In this document: positions 1-10,024 of the stretch, one piece after another
How positions within the stretch are numbered: position 1 is the stretch's first letter
Layout of the letters: each line of letters opens with the position of its first letter
Origin: Octopus bimaculoides
Taxonomy: Eukaryota
Length of the DNA stretch: 32,503 nt
Direction of reading: 5' to 3'
Assembly: GCF_001194135.2 (NCBI RefSeq)
Contig: NC_068984.1
Location: 32,203,648 to 32,236,150 of the forward strand
The notes under the pieces: generated by a model
Told to the model about the DNA's origin: nothing
Seen by the model: the letters and a program-made list of their open reading frames with translations, nothing else
The model's database searches: none
Program-made: the position numbers and the translations under genes

Positions 1-327
1 TCCATTGAAGAAGAAAGTATTATTTTCCAGGATAAGTCTCACTGATTCTAGTATAAATGTCACCGTGAATCTGTTGGGAATTGCTTCCCTGTGTTTGTCT
101 ACCTAGTATTCCACCACCTTTATTCCTAAATCATGTGGGATATTTGTGTATAGGCTTACTACATCAAAGCTCAGTAGGATTGAATTTGTTTCAGTGGTTT
201 TGGGAAGATGGGATAAAAAGTCGATGTCATCCCGAATGAAGCTGGGTATGTATGTACATAGTGGCTTTAAAAGAATGTCGATGAAATTGCTTAGACGGTG
301 AGTAGGGCATACTGGGCCAGCTATAAT
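1..327 (-). pseudogene. Penelope-like element (PLE) reverse transcriptase fragment, running off the window edge
   Basis: Minus frame 327->1 reads IIAGPVCPTHRLSNFIDILLKPLCTYIPSFIRDDIDFLSHLP...LLSFDVVSLYTNIPHDLGIKVVEY*VDKH...FILESVRLILENNTFFFNG. FDVVSLYTNIP and ENN.F.FNG are typical PLE RT motifs. One in-frame TAG at 103-105, probably from TGG. Confidence 0.9.
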
Positions 328-342
328 TCCATATATATATAT

Positions 343-627
343 GGAAAATAGGACAAGGTAGGAAATGCTAAAATAATTTCATTATGAAGAACATTTTACT
401 ACCAGCTTCAGTCTTTTCGACTTTTTCAACTGAGACTAAAGCAAAAAGCAAAAAGAAAAACAATTAAATTGTGAAAAAATTAAATGAAGTGTTTTTTTAA
501 ACTATTCCCATAGTCTTCAAATAGGTAGGACATTTTCCAAGTTGAAAAATTGAAAAGACTGAAGCCTGTACTAAAATGCCTTTTATGATGAAATTATTTT
601 AGCATTTTCTACCTTGTCTTATTTTCC
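343..627. mobile_element. MITE-like element with about 89-bp terminal inverted repeats
   Basis: 343-431 (ggaaaataggacaaggtaggaaatgctaaaataatttc...ttttcaact) is the reverse complement of 540-627 at roughly 85% identity. TA-rich flanks; no ORF. Confidence 0.8.
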
Positions 628-662
628 TTATACATATCAACCTATGTGTTACCTTTCAGCCT

Positions 663-666
<4 letters not shown>

Positions 667-706
<40 letters not shown>
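667..706. repeat. (CA)n microsatellite
   Basis: Direct reading. Confidence 0.95.
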
Positions 707-709
<3 letters not shown>

Positions 710-965
710 GAGTGTCATAAAGACTTGAGATATGTAATATTGAAGGAAGAACCTTCATCAGTACCCAGGGCCATCTTAGCAGCATTATAGGCCTCTGAGT
801 AAATTGTATTTATTTGTTGACAGCAAACCACCATATACATAGGTCAGAACTAAGCCCTTAGGCCCATGACGTTCCTGGGAAACTCCCTAGTGTGTCCCTG
901 CTTTTAGACAGCATTGTTGATACTGACTCTCTTATTTCCTTACACTGTTCTAATTTCTTGAGTTT

Positions 966-1110
966 TCCTCCTCCTCCTCCGCTTCCCCATCTTTTTCCTC
1001 CTCCTCCTCCTCCTCATCATCATTGTTTTAAAATTTTTTCAGTGCTTGCATGGGTTAGATGAGACTAAGATGGAGCAGAGTTGCTAACTGTCGGATGCCA
1101 TTTCTAATGG
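966..1110 (-). mobile_element. Degenerate RTE 3' tail fragment with (CCT)/(CAT) simple-repeat end
   Basis: catcatcattg...gcttgcatgggttagatg resembles the reverse complement of the RTE tail at 21745-21810. Confidence 0.45.
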
Positions 1111-1585
1111 GTTTCCAAGCATTGTATTAATTTCCCAGTCTCTCAAGCAACAAACAACCTAGACATGATTACACAGAGAACTAAAAACAATCGACAACAG
1201 TTGAATGAGTCTTTTCTTTGCAAAGATTGTGCAGCATGTCAAGACATGTCCAAGAGTCCAGATATGCTTTTGTAGTAGAGTGAAAGATAACGACACTGTT
1301 CCTTTGTGAGGTCATTGTTTACAGCAAACACACATGTAGTCATTACTAATTCACACAAACACAAACATACACATATGCAAACAAACATACACATACATAC
1401 TTAAGAAAATGAGGTGAAAAAGGAATAAATTGTTACCTTATGAACTTCATTAACTTACAGCTGTTTCTGCTATGAGATACAGTAGACTTATAGTTGAGTG
1501 CCTGAGTAACACCTTATAGATTCATTGGAGCCTTGAGTATGAAGTGCAATTTATTTGAGAAACGAATTACATTTATGCATATATA

Positions 1586-2582
1586 NNNNNNNNNNNNNNN
1601 NNNNNNNNNNNNNNNNNNNNNNNNNNNNNNNNNNNNNNNNNNNNNNNNNNNNNNNNNNNNNNNNNNNNNNNNNNNNNNNNNNNNNNNNNNNNNNNNNNNN
1701 NNNNNNNNNNNNNNNNNNNNNNNNNNNNNNNNNNNNNNNNNNNNNNNNNNNNNNNNNNNNNNNNNNNNNNNNNNNNNNNNNNNNNNNNNNNNNNNNNNNN
1801 NNNNNNNNNNNNNNNNNNNNNNNNNNNNNNNNNNNNNNNNNNNNNNNNNNNNNNNNNNNNNNNNNNNNNNNNNNNNNNNNNNNNNNNNNNNNNNNNNNNN
1901 NNNNNNNNNNNNNNNNNNNNNNNNNNNNNNNNNNNNNNNNNNNNNNNNNNNNNNNNNNNNNNNNNNNNNNNNNNNNNNNNNNNNNNNNNNNNNNNNNNNN
2001 NNNNNNNNNNNNNNNNNNNNNNNNNNNNNNNNNNNNNNNNNNNNNNNNNNNNNNNNNNNNNNNNNNNNNNNNNNNNNNNNNNNNNNNNNNNNNNNNNNNN
2101 NNNNNNNNNNNNNNNNNNNNNNNNNNNNNNNNNNNNNNNNNNNNNNNNNNNNNNNNNNNNNNNNNNNNNNNNNNNNNNNNNNNNNNNNNNNNNNNNNNNN
2201 NNNNNNNNNNNNNNNNNNNNNNNNNNNNNNNNNNNNNNNNNNNNNNNNNNNNNNNNNNNNNNNNNNNNNNNNNNNNNNNNNNNNNNNNNNNNNNNNNNNN
2301 NNNNNNNNNNNNNNNNNNNNNNNNNNNNNNNNNNNNNNNNNNNNNNNNNNNNNNNNNNNNNNNNNNNNNNNNNNNNNNNNNNNNNNNNNNNNNNNNNNNN
2401 NNNNNNNNNNNNNNNNNNNNNNNNNNNNNNNNNNNNNNNNNNNNNNNNNNNNNNNNNNNNNNNNNNNNNNNNNNNNNNNNNNNNNNNNNNNNNNNNNNNN
2501 NNNNNNNNNNNNNNNNNNNNNNNNNNNNNNNNNNNNNNNNNNNNNNNNNNNNNNNNNNNNNNNNNNNNNNNNNNNNNNNNNN
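1586..2582. other. Assembly gap (N)
   Basis: Run of N flanked by TA repeats. Confidence 1.
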
Positions 2583-2587
2583 TATAT

Positions 2588-2909
2588 AAGTGAAAGGGGT
2601 ACAGTGAACTTGCTGCGAGGAGTGGAATATCCAGTGTTTCAGATTCAATCCTTCGTCAAGCGTAGAGAAAAAGAGAAGAAAGTTAAACAGAGTTTATATA
2701 CTCTCAGCTTGAAAAACTGGCTGCAACTGATAATGGATGCAAAATAACACAGGCTGCTAACATGAAACAGAAATTATAGGAGAGGGCATGCAGAAAGGAC
2801 CAGGAAAAGGGTGATGGAGAGAGTAGAGATAAATAAATATGGCAATGTAGCAGAGAGAGGGTGAAAGGAGGATTAAAGAGGGCAAAACAGAATTAAGAAG
2901 GGGTGAAAG
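2588..2909 (-). mobile_element. PLE 3' UTR / pseudo-LTR region with a hammerhead-like core at 2631-2660
   Basis: Pyrimidine-rich tract directly after the GIY-YIG frame on the minus strand. Contains TTGACGA-aggattgaatct-GAAAC, resembling the CTGANGA..GAAAC motif of PLE pLTRs. Confidence 0.5.
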
Positions 2910-3188
2910 AATGAAAGGGAAACGTTCATCCATACCTGCTGGGGTCATAGTGCCAAGATCAAATATGAGATGCTGCTCCTTTTGTTTCCTAGAGAAGTGG
3001 GGTCCATGGTACAAGGCCATGCCACACACTGATAAATCTGTAATAGAATAATTCACAGTGTTGAAGTGGGTGGCGACAGGTTGGCCTGGCATGCATAGCA
3101 GTATGATTCTGATGTGTTTGCGAAAACGATCCCCAAGGCATCGCCCTGTTTCTCCAGGGTAAAGAGCACCACTGAGTTTGCATATGAT
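2910..3188 (-). pseudogene. PLE GIY-YIG endonuclease fragment (C-terminal part)
   Basis: IICKLSGALYPGETGRCLGDRFRKHIR...PVATHFN...RKQKEQHLIFDLGTMTPAGMDERFPF matches the PLE EN pattern CxxC-LYIGETGR..RF.EH..VA.HFN..E..LIF.LGT..P.G.N. YIG has become YPG and the second Cys is Ser. Cut off on its 5' side by a (GT)n tract. Confidence 0.85.
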
Positions 3189-3326
3189 GTCTATGTGCAT
3201 GTGTGTGTATGTGTGTGTGTGTGTGCGTGTGTGTGTGTCTACATGCATATTTCATACTTATATTTATATATGCACAACAACATAGAAGTAGATGCATGCA
3301 CATAAACACATGATAGATATATATTA

Positions 3327-3496
3327 CGACAGATAGGTTTCTGCATATTTTCCGTCCATGAAATTTCACTCAAATGGTGTAGACTGATATAAGGCTATGA
3401 TAGAAGACACTTCAATGAGATGCTGAGCAATGAGATTGAATGCAGAACTATATGGTTGTAGAGTGGACCTCTTAACAACACAACCATTCCTACACC
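3327..3496 (-). mobile_element. Old copy of tRNA-derived SINE family A (5' half)
   Basis: Reverse complement aligns by eye with 17431-17592 (ggctat..agaagacactt; cacaaccattcctacacc). Confidence 0.65.
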
Positions 3497-4290
3497 CATC
3501 CTGTGCACTTTCGACTGCTATACATGATCTCACACATAATAGAAATTAAACAATAATCACATTATCATTAATGAATTGTTGCAGGTCTAAACACTTCATA
3601 CTCAGCCTGCTGAACTGACACTTTCTTTCAATAAATGAAATTTCAGTGAGTGAGGGTGGGACATTAAATTATAATAGCCTTTCTTCTTTCAAACAGACCT
3701 TGTAGTTTCAAAGGAAATTGCTTGGGCAAAGGATGTTGCAGACTCCTTGCATAAACAATAATATGATGTTTATTGCTTCTCGTTTTCTCAGTTCTTTAAT
3801 TCAATTCATGCACGAGGTCATTCTGCAATCAGCATAGTAATTAACGACAAGCTCCCAGCTTCACCTCTAAATCATGCCTCTACTGTTGTGCAACACATAA
3901 TTCAGATAATTATTTTTCAATTTATGAATTAGAAAATTAGCCTTGCTCTTCTTTAAAGTTAGCATTCAAATTATATTTCTCATTGAATAAGTAATTTTCT
4001 TGCTTATATCATCTCTATTTAGATAGAAACTTTAACAGTTAATGGAAGGTCACATGCTTGACTGGGTTATTTATGAGCACAGAATCTTCACCAGGAATGT
4101 GTGGACCGAAACATTAAAAATTACTTTCTCACAAAATAATTATATATCCTATCAAGTTGTTCTAAACTTAGAAACTATATCAAATACTGTTATATATATA
4201 CAAGTATTGTATTGTTATATGAGTGTTAACATACTTAATGCAGTGAACTAAAAGATATTTCAATTAATGAAAATCAACCTGGTAATTAAA

Positions 4291-4425
4291 GGGGTACATT
4301 GGCAGAGCCATCAGAGCACTGGATGGAATTCCACGTGCTATTTGCTTCAATGTTCTGCACTCTATGTTCAAATCCTGCTGTAGTCAACTTTGCCATTTGC
4401 TCTTACAAGGTTGATAAAAAGAACC
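4291..4425 (+). mobile_element. Old copy of SINE family B
   Basis: tggcagagccatc...gttcaaatcctgctgtagtcaactttgcc...gttgataaaa aligns with the reverse complement of 23272-23486. A second faint head remnant follows at about 4455-4530. Confidence 0.6.
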
Positions 4426-5134
4426 AATCTAGGAAAGTGAAATGGTGGACCTATAAGAGCATCACACTAGATGCCTTGTGGTATTTGTGGTTTTTGCATT
4501 CTGAGTTCAATCTATCCTATGGCTTTCTTGTGTTGCCTCATTCAACACCATCATTCAGTACCTTCAGTATCAATGCATTTAAGAGAGTCCACTTTGCTGT
4601 AAGCATTCAGACCAGGTCTCTGGTTTGAGGGTACCACCCCATCTCATCCACACAAGTCAGAGGCCTTGTAAAAGTATCATAGGCACAGCCTTGACTCTTC
4701 ACTAAAAGATGAAAAAAATGAATTAAGAAATAAATAAGCTAAACACTTAGGAGAAAAATCATTAGCCTAATAACATTCTGATTTTAAAAGGCAAGAGAGA
4801 CAACACCAAACTGTAAACTAATTAAAGTTTGAACAGGGGTGGTCATGAAGTGTGGGAGAATCTACTTTCTGACAAATATGGTGATAGCACCAAAATTATT
4901 CAGGTGTAATTTCACCCATTACCACTGACATTAATTAAGTTGTCAACAGATATTTGAACTGCATTTCATATTGAAAGTAGAGATTTGTTTAATGCTAAGA
5001 ATTTTGTAGATTCAGCTTACTGAAGCTGAACTCTTTAATTGAGAAAAATGAGAAATTATGAAATGGGATAAGTAACAAAATACTCTTTGCTGTTATATCC
5101 CCCCAAAACATTACCAGTTTTGTATCAAATTACA

Positions 5135-5138
<4 letters not shown>

Positions 5139-5167
<29 letters not shown>
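5139..5167. repeat. (GT)n microsatellite
   Basis: Direct reading. Confidence 0.9.
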
Positions 5168-5168
<1 letters not shown>

Positions 5169-5604
5169 TAATGTAATATAAAATAAGTTATATACATATG
5201 TATATATATATGTGTGTGGTTGTGTATGTATGCACGTATAAAATATATGTATGAAACCATGTTATATGTGTACATTATGTATTTGTCAAAAATATTGTAT
5301 AAATGTAATTTTCATCTGCTTTGATCAAAAGAGTCATCATGTTTCAGAAATGTGACACAAATATGAACATGAAACATTATGTTTAGCATACCAAATTACA
5401 AATATAAGATGATTTATCCTGTTTTACATTTCATCATTAAAATGTATACTTTACATTTCATATACATCTAAACATATGGACACGTGCACACTGGACACAT
5501 GTATGAACACACAGGCACATACATATATCTATCTATTTGCCTCTCTGTATGTATTTCTGTCTTACTGCTTGTCATTTCTTATGTATATATATATATATAT
5601 ATGT

Positions 5605-5831
5605 AAAAAGAAAAAGAATGACTTCACTATTAGTTCTAATCATAGTTCTAATCAGTTTGATTTATTATTATTTAATTTTTTAATAATATTAATTTTAGTT
5701 CATAAATCTCGTAAGTTCTTTAAGCAAAGAACCTACTAGATTTATGAACTAAAATTTATAGTATTAAAAAATTAAAAAATAATAAATCAAACTGATTAGA
5801 ACTACCAGTGAAGTCATTCTTTTTCTTTTTT
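5605..5831. repeat. Long near-perfect palindrome (foldback / MITE-like), about 110-bp arms with a 4-nt loop
   Basis: The arm aagaatgacttcact..agttctaatcagtttgatttattatt..ttttagttcataaatct..gtaagttcttt pairs with 5726-5831 around the loop aagc (5722-5725). The left arm carries an extra short duplication of tagttctaatc. Confidence 0.9.
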
Positions 5832-6867
5832 CAAATATACCCAACTGTACCAAAGATTTCACACATTTTCCAATATCCAAGTATCTTCTGTAGCCACAAA
5901 TTTATCAAAGCCATATAAGCAAAATTTGTCAGATGAAAACTGTGTTGGGTGGGTTGATAGGGGGTAGGTAGGTAGGTAAGTGGGAAGAAAGGCAGGAAGA
6001 AAGGAAGGAAATTCCGATAGTAGACTTTAAGAATGTATATGCACATCAAGGAAACAATCTTATACCTCACAATCTCTAATGAAAAACACAACTAAACCCT
6101 TCAAAGTCACGATGCATGCTAAGATTCTCAAATCTCTGATGAATTTTTATATCAACCCCACATGTACAACAATGTTGATCGTTGGACAAGGATTAACTTT
6201 AGAACCCAAAAGAACTTTAAACCAGTTATTGACACTCTACAAGATAGAGGTTGATACATTGTATAACATATATGGGATGGTTCATCTGTTGCTACCGCCC
6301 ACTCATCCTTGACTGTAGTTAGCAATAAATTATTCTATTTACAGGCAGTGATGCAGACTAGCATATTGCAAGCACTTTCCCCTGTTTGAGTTACTTATCA
6401 CAGCTAGTTAGTACAGAAGACCCTATTGCTTTTCTGAACTAACTAGCTGCATACCCACTTCATCTTCTCCAGGCTCAAATGGTCCTACCTGTCACTCAAA
6501 TTCTCATTATCTTCACTGCATGTTACTTCTGAGACACTTTATTAAATGCATCATTTAATCTCACTATGCTCCTTTGTTTAGTAACTTGCACAAAGAGAGA
6601 GAAAGAGAAGTAAGAACATTTTGTGCTCTTTGCATCATTTCTTGTACTTATAAACATAAAGAATATTTTCCCAAATGTTCTTACAGCTTAACACTTCAAA
6701 AATTTTCTTATGGCTTATCGTTTCTGATGTTTCACTGAGGGTTGCATCCAGTTATTTTTCTGAAATACAAACTTTGCATTGAATATTCTTAGTAGTACAA
6801 TGAGTAATTGAGTATTTTTTTTCACTACTTCAGAACACATTTGTTTGATGATATTAATTTTTTGATC

Positions 6868-6929
6868 GATCCATATCTCTAATATAGCCACGGGTAGATG
6901 GGATCCATATCTCTAGCATAGCTACAGGT
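6868..6929. repeat. Two-copy direct repeat, period 34
   Basis: gatccatatctctaatatagccacgggt (6868-6895) and gatccatatctctagcatagctacaggt (6902-6929). Confidence 0.85.
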
Positions 6930-7024
6930 TTGAGTGATATTTTCTATATATATTGTGTAGCATCATTCATGAGGAAAGCAAACTCAAGGGCTGCCTTGGG
7001 TGGCACAAACACTATCTGATTTAC

Positions 7025-7186
7025 TGTTCCATAGACATCATATATTTGTACCACAATAGTTTTCTCTCTTGCATGATGCATCTGATATCTTTGAAACTCA
7101 GTTTTCCCCTCAGCTTATTTGTGATCCCTCACCAATGTGCACTGATATTACACATCCTGCAGAGTATGCTTGCTTCATTTCTAGTG
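7025..7186 (-). mobile_element. RTE LINE ORF fragment, post-RT region
   Basis: Minus frame RNEASILCRMCNISAHW*GITNKLRGKLSFKDIRCIMQERKLLWY matches the RTE motif RNEASMLRWMCNV...LREKL...QERRLRWYGH. Homologous to 8470-8560 and 21013-21130. Confidence 0.75.
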
Positions 7187-7682
7187 AGGTGGTGTTTTAC
7201 AAGATTTTTGTTTTTGGTTTTCCTACACACATTTCAACTATTTTATTCTTTATTATTATTTTATTTTAGTTCCTTCATGATGATTCCTGACTATATCTCA
7301 GCTATTGATATGTTTTCACTTTCAGTGTCTACTTCTTCTTCAGTGTTAACTACAGTTGATATTACTTTACTTTGGATTGCCATCCTCTACCAACTAACAT
7401 ACAAAGTATAACCAGTCAGGAAATTTAATATCATGAAATACACAGAAAACATTTGTTCTAGTATTATCAAAAATTATATATGTATTATCTTTCTTTCCCC
7501 CTCTAACAGTGTTTTGTAGATTAGAGCTGAGAAAATGACTCTCTATCTATAAGGCTTGTTTCTAGGTGAATCACAATAATGGTAGTAATTACTTACATAA
7601 GCACAAGGCCATAAAATTGGTGAGCAGGTACAGTTAATTATATCTTATGATCGTATCATAATGTAAGTATCAGTTCCTGTCC

Positions 7683-7716
<34 letters not shown>
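7683..7716. repeat. (AAT)n microsatellite
   Basis: Direct reading. Confidence 0.9.
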
Positions 7717-7959
7717 TCAACAATAACAACAAAAGTGTATTGTAAATTGTTTGAGGCATTTCAATGTATGTAAATGATATAAATGTTGGGAAAAACTTTG
7801 AGCAATGTAAGTGAAAAGTTAAGCAAAATATGTAAGGTGATATTTATAAAAGCAAACAGAGAAATATTCTAATACCTTACATTGATTTTTAAAAATCTTA
7901 TAATATTTCAGGAAAGATTCCCCTTTTCAGATAGCTAATAGAAAGTAATCATCAGGGGC

Positions 7960-8560
7960 ACTCACTTCCTGATCTGGTAGTCATTTTGGAAGTTAGAAGT
8001 AGATGAATGGCTAGTGAGAGTTGTTCAAGACATTTGCAAGGGTACCATCACTGAGGTGATAGAAATGAATACAGCAACAAATGTAGTGTGCAGTTATGAG
8101 TTCACAAGAGCTCAGCTCTCACTCCCCACCTATTAGTCCTCCTGGTTAAAACAGAAGAGTTTAAGACTGGTTGCCCATGGGAACTCCTCTATGTTAATGA
8201 CCTTGTGCTTATAATTGAATCTATAGTAGAACTAGAAAGGAAATTTTAGATATGGAAGTAAAACTTGAACTTAAATGGCCTTAGAATTAACTTAGCAAAG
8301 ACAAAGACAAAACTTGTAATAAGGAAGGAAGCAGGCAGTACATTAATCCGTGCTGGAAAATGGTCTTGTTCAATATCAAGAAATTCCATACAGTGTATCC
8401 ATTACAGAATACAGTATTGCACTGTAGTGATACAGGTGAATTGAATACAAAGAATGTTAAAATAGTCAAGAGAAATGAAGCAAGCATATTCTACAGGATG
8501 TGTAATGGTGATGTATATGCATGATGGATCACAAATGAGCTGTGAAAAAAAAAGAACAAA
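7960..8560 (+). mobile_element. RTE LINE reverse transcriptase fragment, decayed and internally deleted
   Basis: WKLEVDEWLVRVVQD (7987 on); TEEFKTGCPWELLYVNDLVLIIES (YADD changed to YVND at 8190-8201); GLRINLAKTK; RNEASI (8470 on). Multiple stops. Confidence 0.88.
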
Positions 8561-9274
8561 AGGAGCCTCTGCAGTAAATTCAAAACCAAATCAACAAATT
8601 GCCAAGTAAAAGTCACAGCTTAGTAATAGCCATTTCATGTGATAGGCCGATTAACTGACCAATCAGCATGGTGTCATCACATGATACAACCTTCTAGAAT
8701 ATTCCAGAATTTCTCTTAGAGAAGCTTATTAATAGATGTGCTCTGAGCACCAAATTTCAGAATTTTGGCAAATGCTGCCATGAAAACCACATTCTCATTT
8801 TCCAGCTTTTAACAGTTGTTTTAACATCTTTTTATTCAACCAAGTAGATAGCAGCCATGGTATTGCAGTCATGAATTTAGCATAACTTATCTACAGTGTT
8901 CACTGCATATTCACAGAGCTTGTTTAACCAACTATTCTGACATAACTACAGAATTGCCTTTCCCAGTGTGTATATTTTGTTGCATTATTAATTCAGGACC
9001 AACATGGAAAATTTCGTGTGGTGAATAAAGTTACAACTAATTGTTCATGAGGTGTTGTTCTTCATTCTCACACTACCACTCAAACACCATGTGACACCTC
9101 CTTCCTCTTGATCTCTTCTGTTGATGAAGTTATAGGAACAAAATTGAGATATTTGGTATACCATGGGCATTTTAAATCCAGAGGTAATCCATCCTTCTTT
9201 CTCCATGTCTAGCAGAAAACAATTTCTTGTAGAGGGAAAAAGAAGAGAGGAAAAGATAGAGAAGTTGAATCAAC

Positions 9275-9420
9275 TCAAGTATCAGATTGATAATTGATTA
9301 ATTGACCTTGAAAGCATAAAAAGCAAAGTTTGATTGCAGAAGGGTTTGAACTCCAAGAAGAGACAGCTAGAATAAATGCCACAAGGTATGTTACTGAGTG
9401 CTGCTAATTGGTAACAGATG
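9275..9420 (-). mobile_element. Old copy of SINE family B
   Basis: ttgaccttgaaagcataaaaagcaaagtt...tttgaactc is collinear with 23365-23460. Confidence 0.55.
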
Positions 9421-9584
9421 TAGTGTGAAAGAGAGAAAACTTTAGTATGGACATGTAACACATATAGGAAATGATAGTTTGCCAAAAATAGCCCAAGTGA
9501 AAAAAATCTGAGGAAGATAAGGAAAGAAATAGCGAAAGCTGCTCTCTAATCAATAATTTTTTTCTAAAAATTAATTAACTAATA

Positions 9585-9784
9585 GGCGCAGAAGTAGCTG
9601 TGGTAAGTAGCTTGCTTACCAACAACATGGTTCTGAGTTCAGTCCCACTGCTGCGTGGCACCTGCTGCGTGGCACCTGCTGCGTGGCACCTGCTGCGTGG
9701 CACCTGCTGCAAGTGTCTTCTGCTATAGCCAACCAAAGCCTTGTGAATGGATTTGGTATACAGAAACTGCAAGAAGCCTGTCGG

Positions 9785-9827
<43 letters not shown>

Positions 9828-10024
9828 TCCCCACCATCATCACTTGAAAACTGATGTTGGTGTGTTTACGTCCCCCATAACTTAGCGGTTCAGCAAAATA
9901 CACTGATAGAATAAGTACTAGGCTTACAAAGAATAAGTCCTTGGTCGATTTGTTCAGCTAAAAAGGTGGTGCTCCAGCATGGTCGCAGTCAAATGACTGA
10001 AACAAATAAAAGAATAAAAGAATA
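9585..10024 (+). mobile_element. Full-length tRNA-derived SINE family A with an internal 14-bp tandem expansion and central (GT)n
   Basis: Head ggcgcagaagtagctgtggtaagtagcttgcttacc; B-box-like gagttcagtccc; tail tgctccagcatggtcgcagtcaaatgactgaaacaaataaaagaataaaagaata. Collinear with 17431-17846 and 32425-32503. Confidence 0.92.
9648..9710. repeat. Perfect minisatellite (CTGCTGCGTGGCAC) x4.5
   Basis: Units at 9648, 9662, 9676 and 9690, plus a partial unit at 9704-9710; no mismatches. Confidence 0.97.

Noticed and set aside
768-915. Possible old MITE (cagggccatcttag...ttttagacagcattg)
   Set aside because: Terminal match too degenerate to support.
1533-2747. Long ORFs of 255-404 aa in the track (also 19763-20441, 28649-29768, 30579-31623)
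   Set aside because: They are open only because they cross N gaps.
3582-3761. Plus-strand exon pair (donor CA|gtgagt at about 3647; DLVVSKEIAWAKDVADSLHKQ*)
   Set aside because: The first piece is closed in all frames, the intron would be only about 50 nt, and the peptide is not recognised.
4837-4903. Possible exon GGHEVWENLLSDKYGDSTKIIQ
   Set aside because: The acceptor lacks a pyrimidine tract and no homology is recognised.
6953-7411. 152-aa plus-strand ORF
   Set aside because: Antisense to an RTE fragment plus low-complexity sequence.
9040-9210. Possible LINE AP-endonuclease remnant on the minus strand (YNFINRRDQEEGGV)
   Set aside because: Only one loose motif; not enough to call.
9648-9710. 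CRISPR-like or functional peptide repeat (RCHAAGATQQVP)
   Set aside because: Contiguous tandem units without spacers, inside a SINE.
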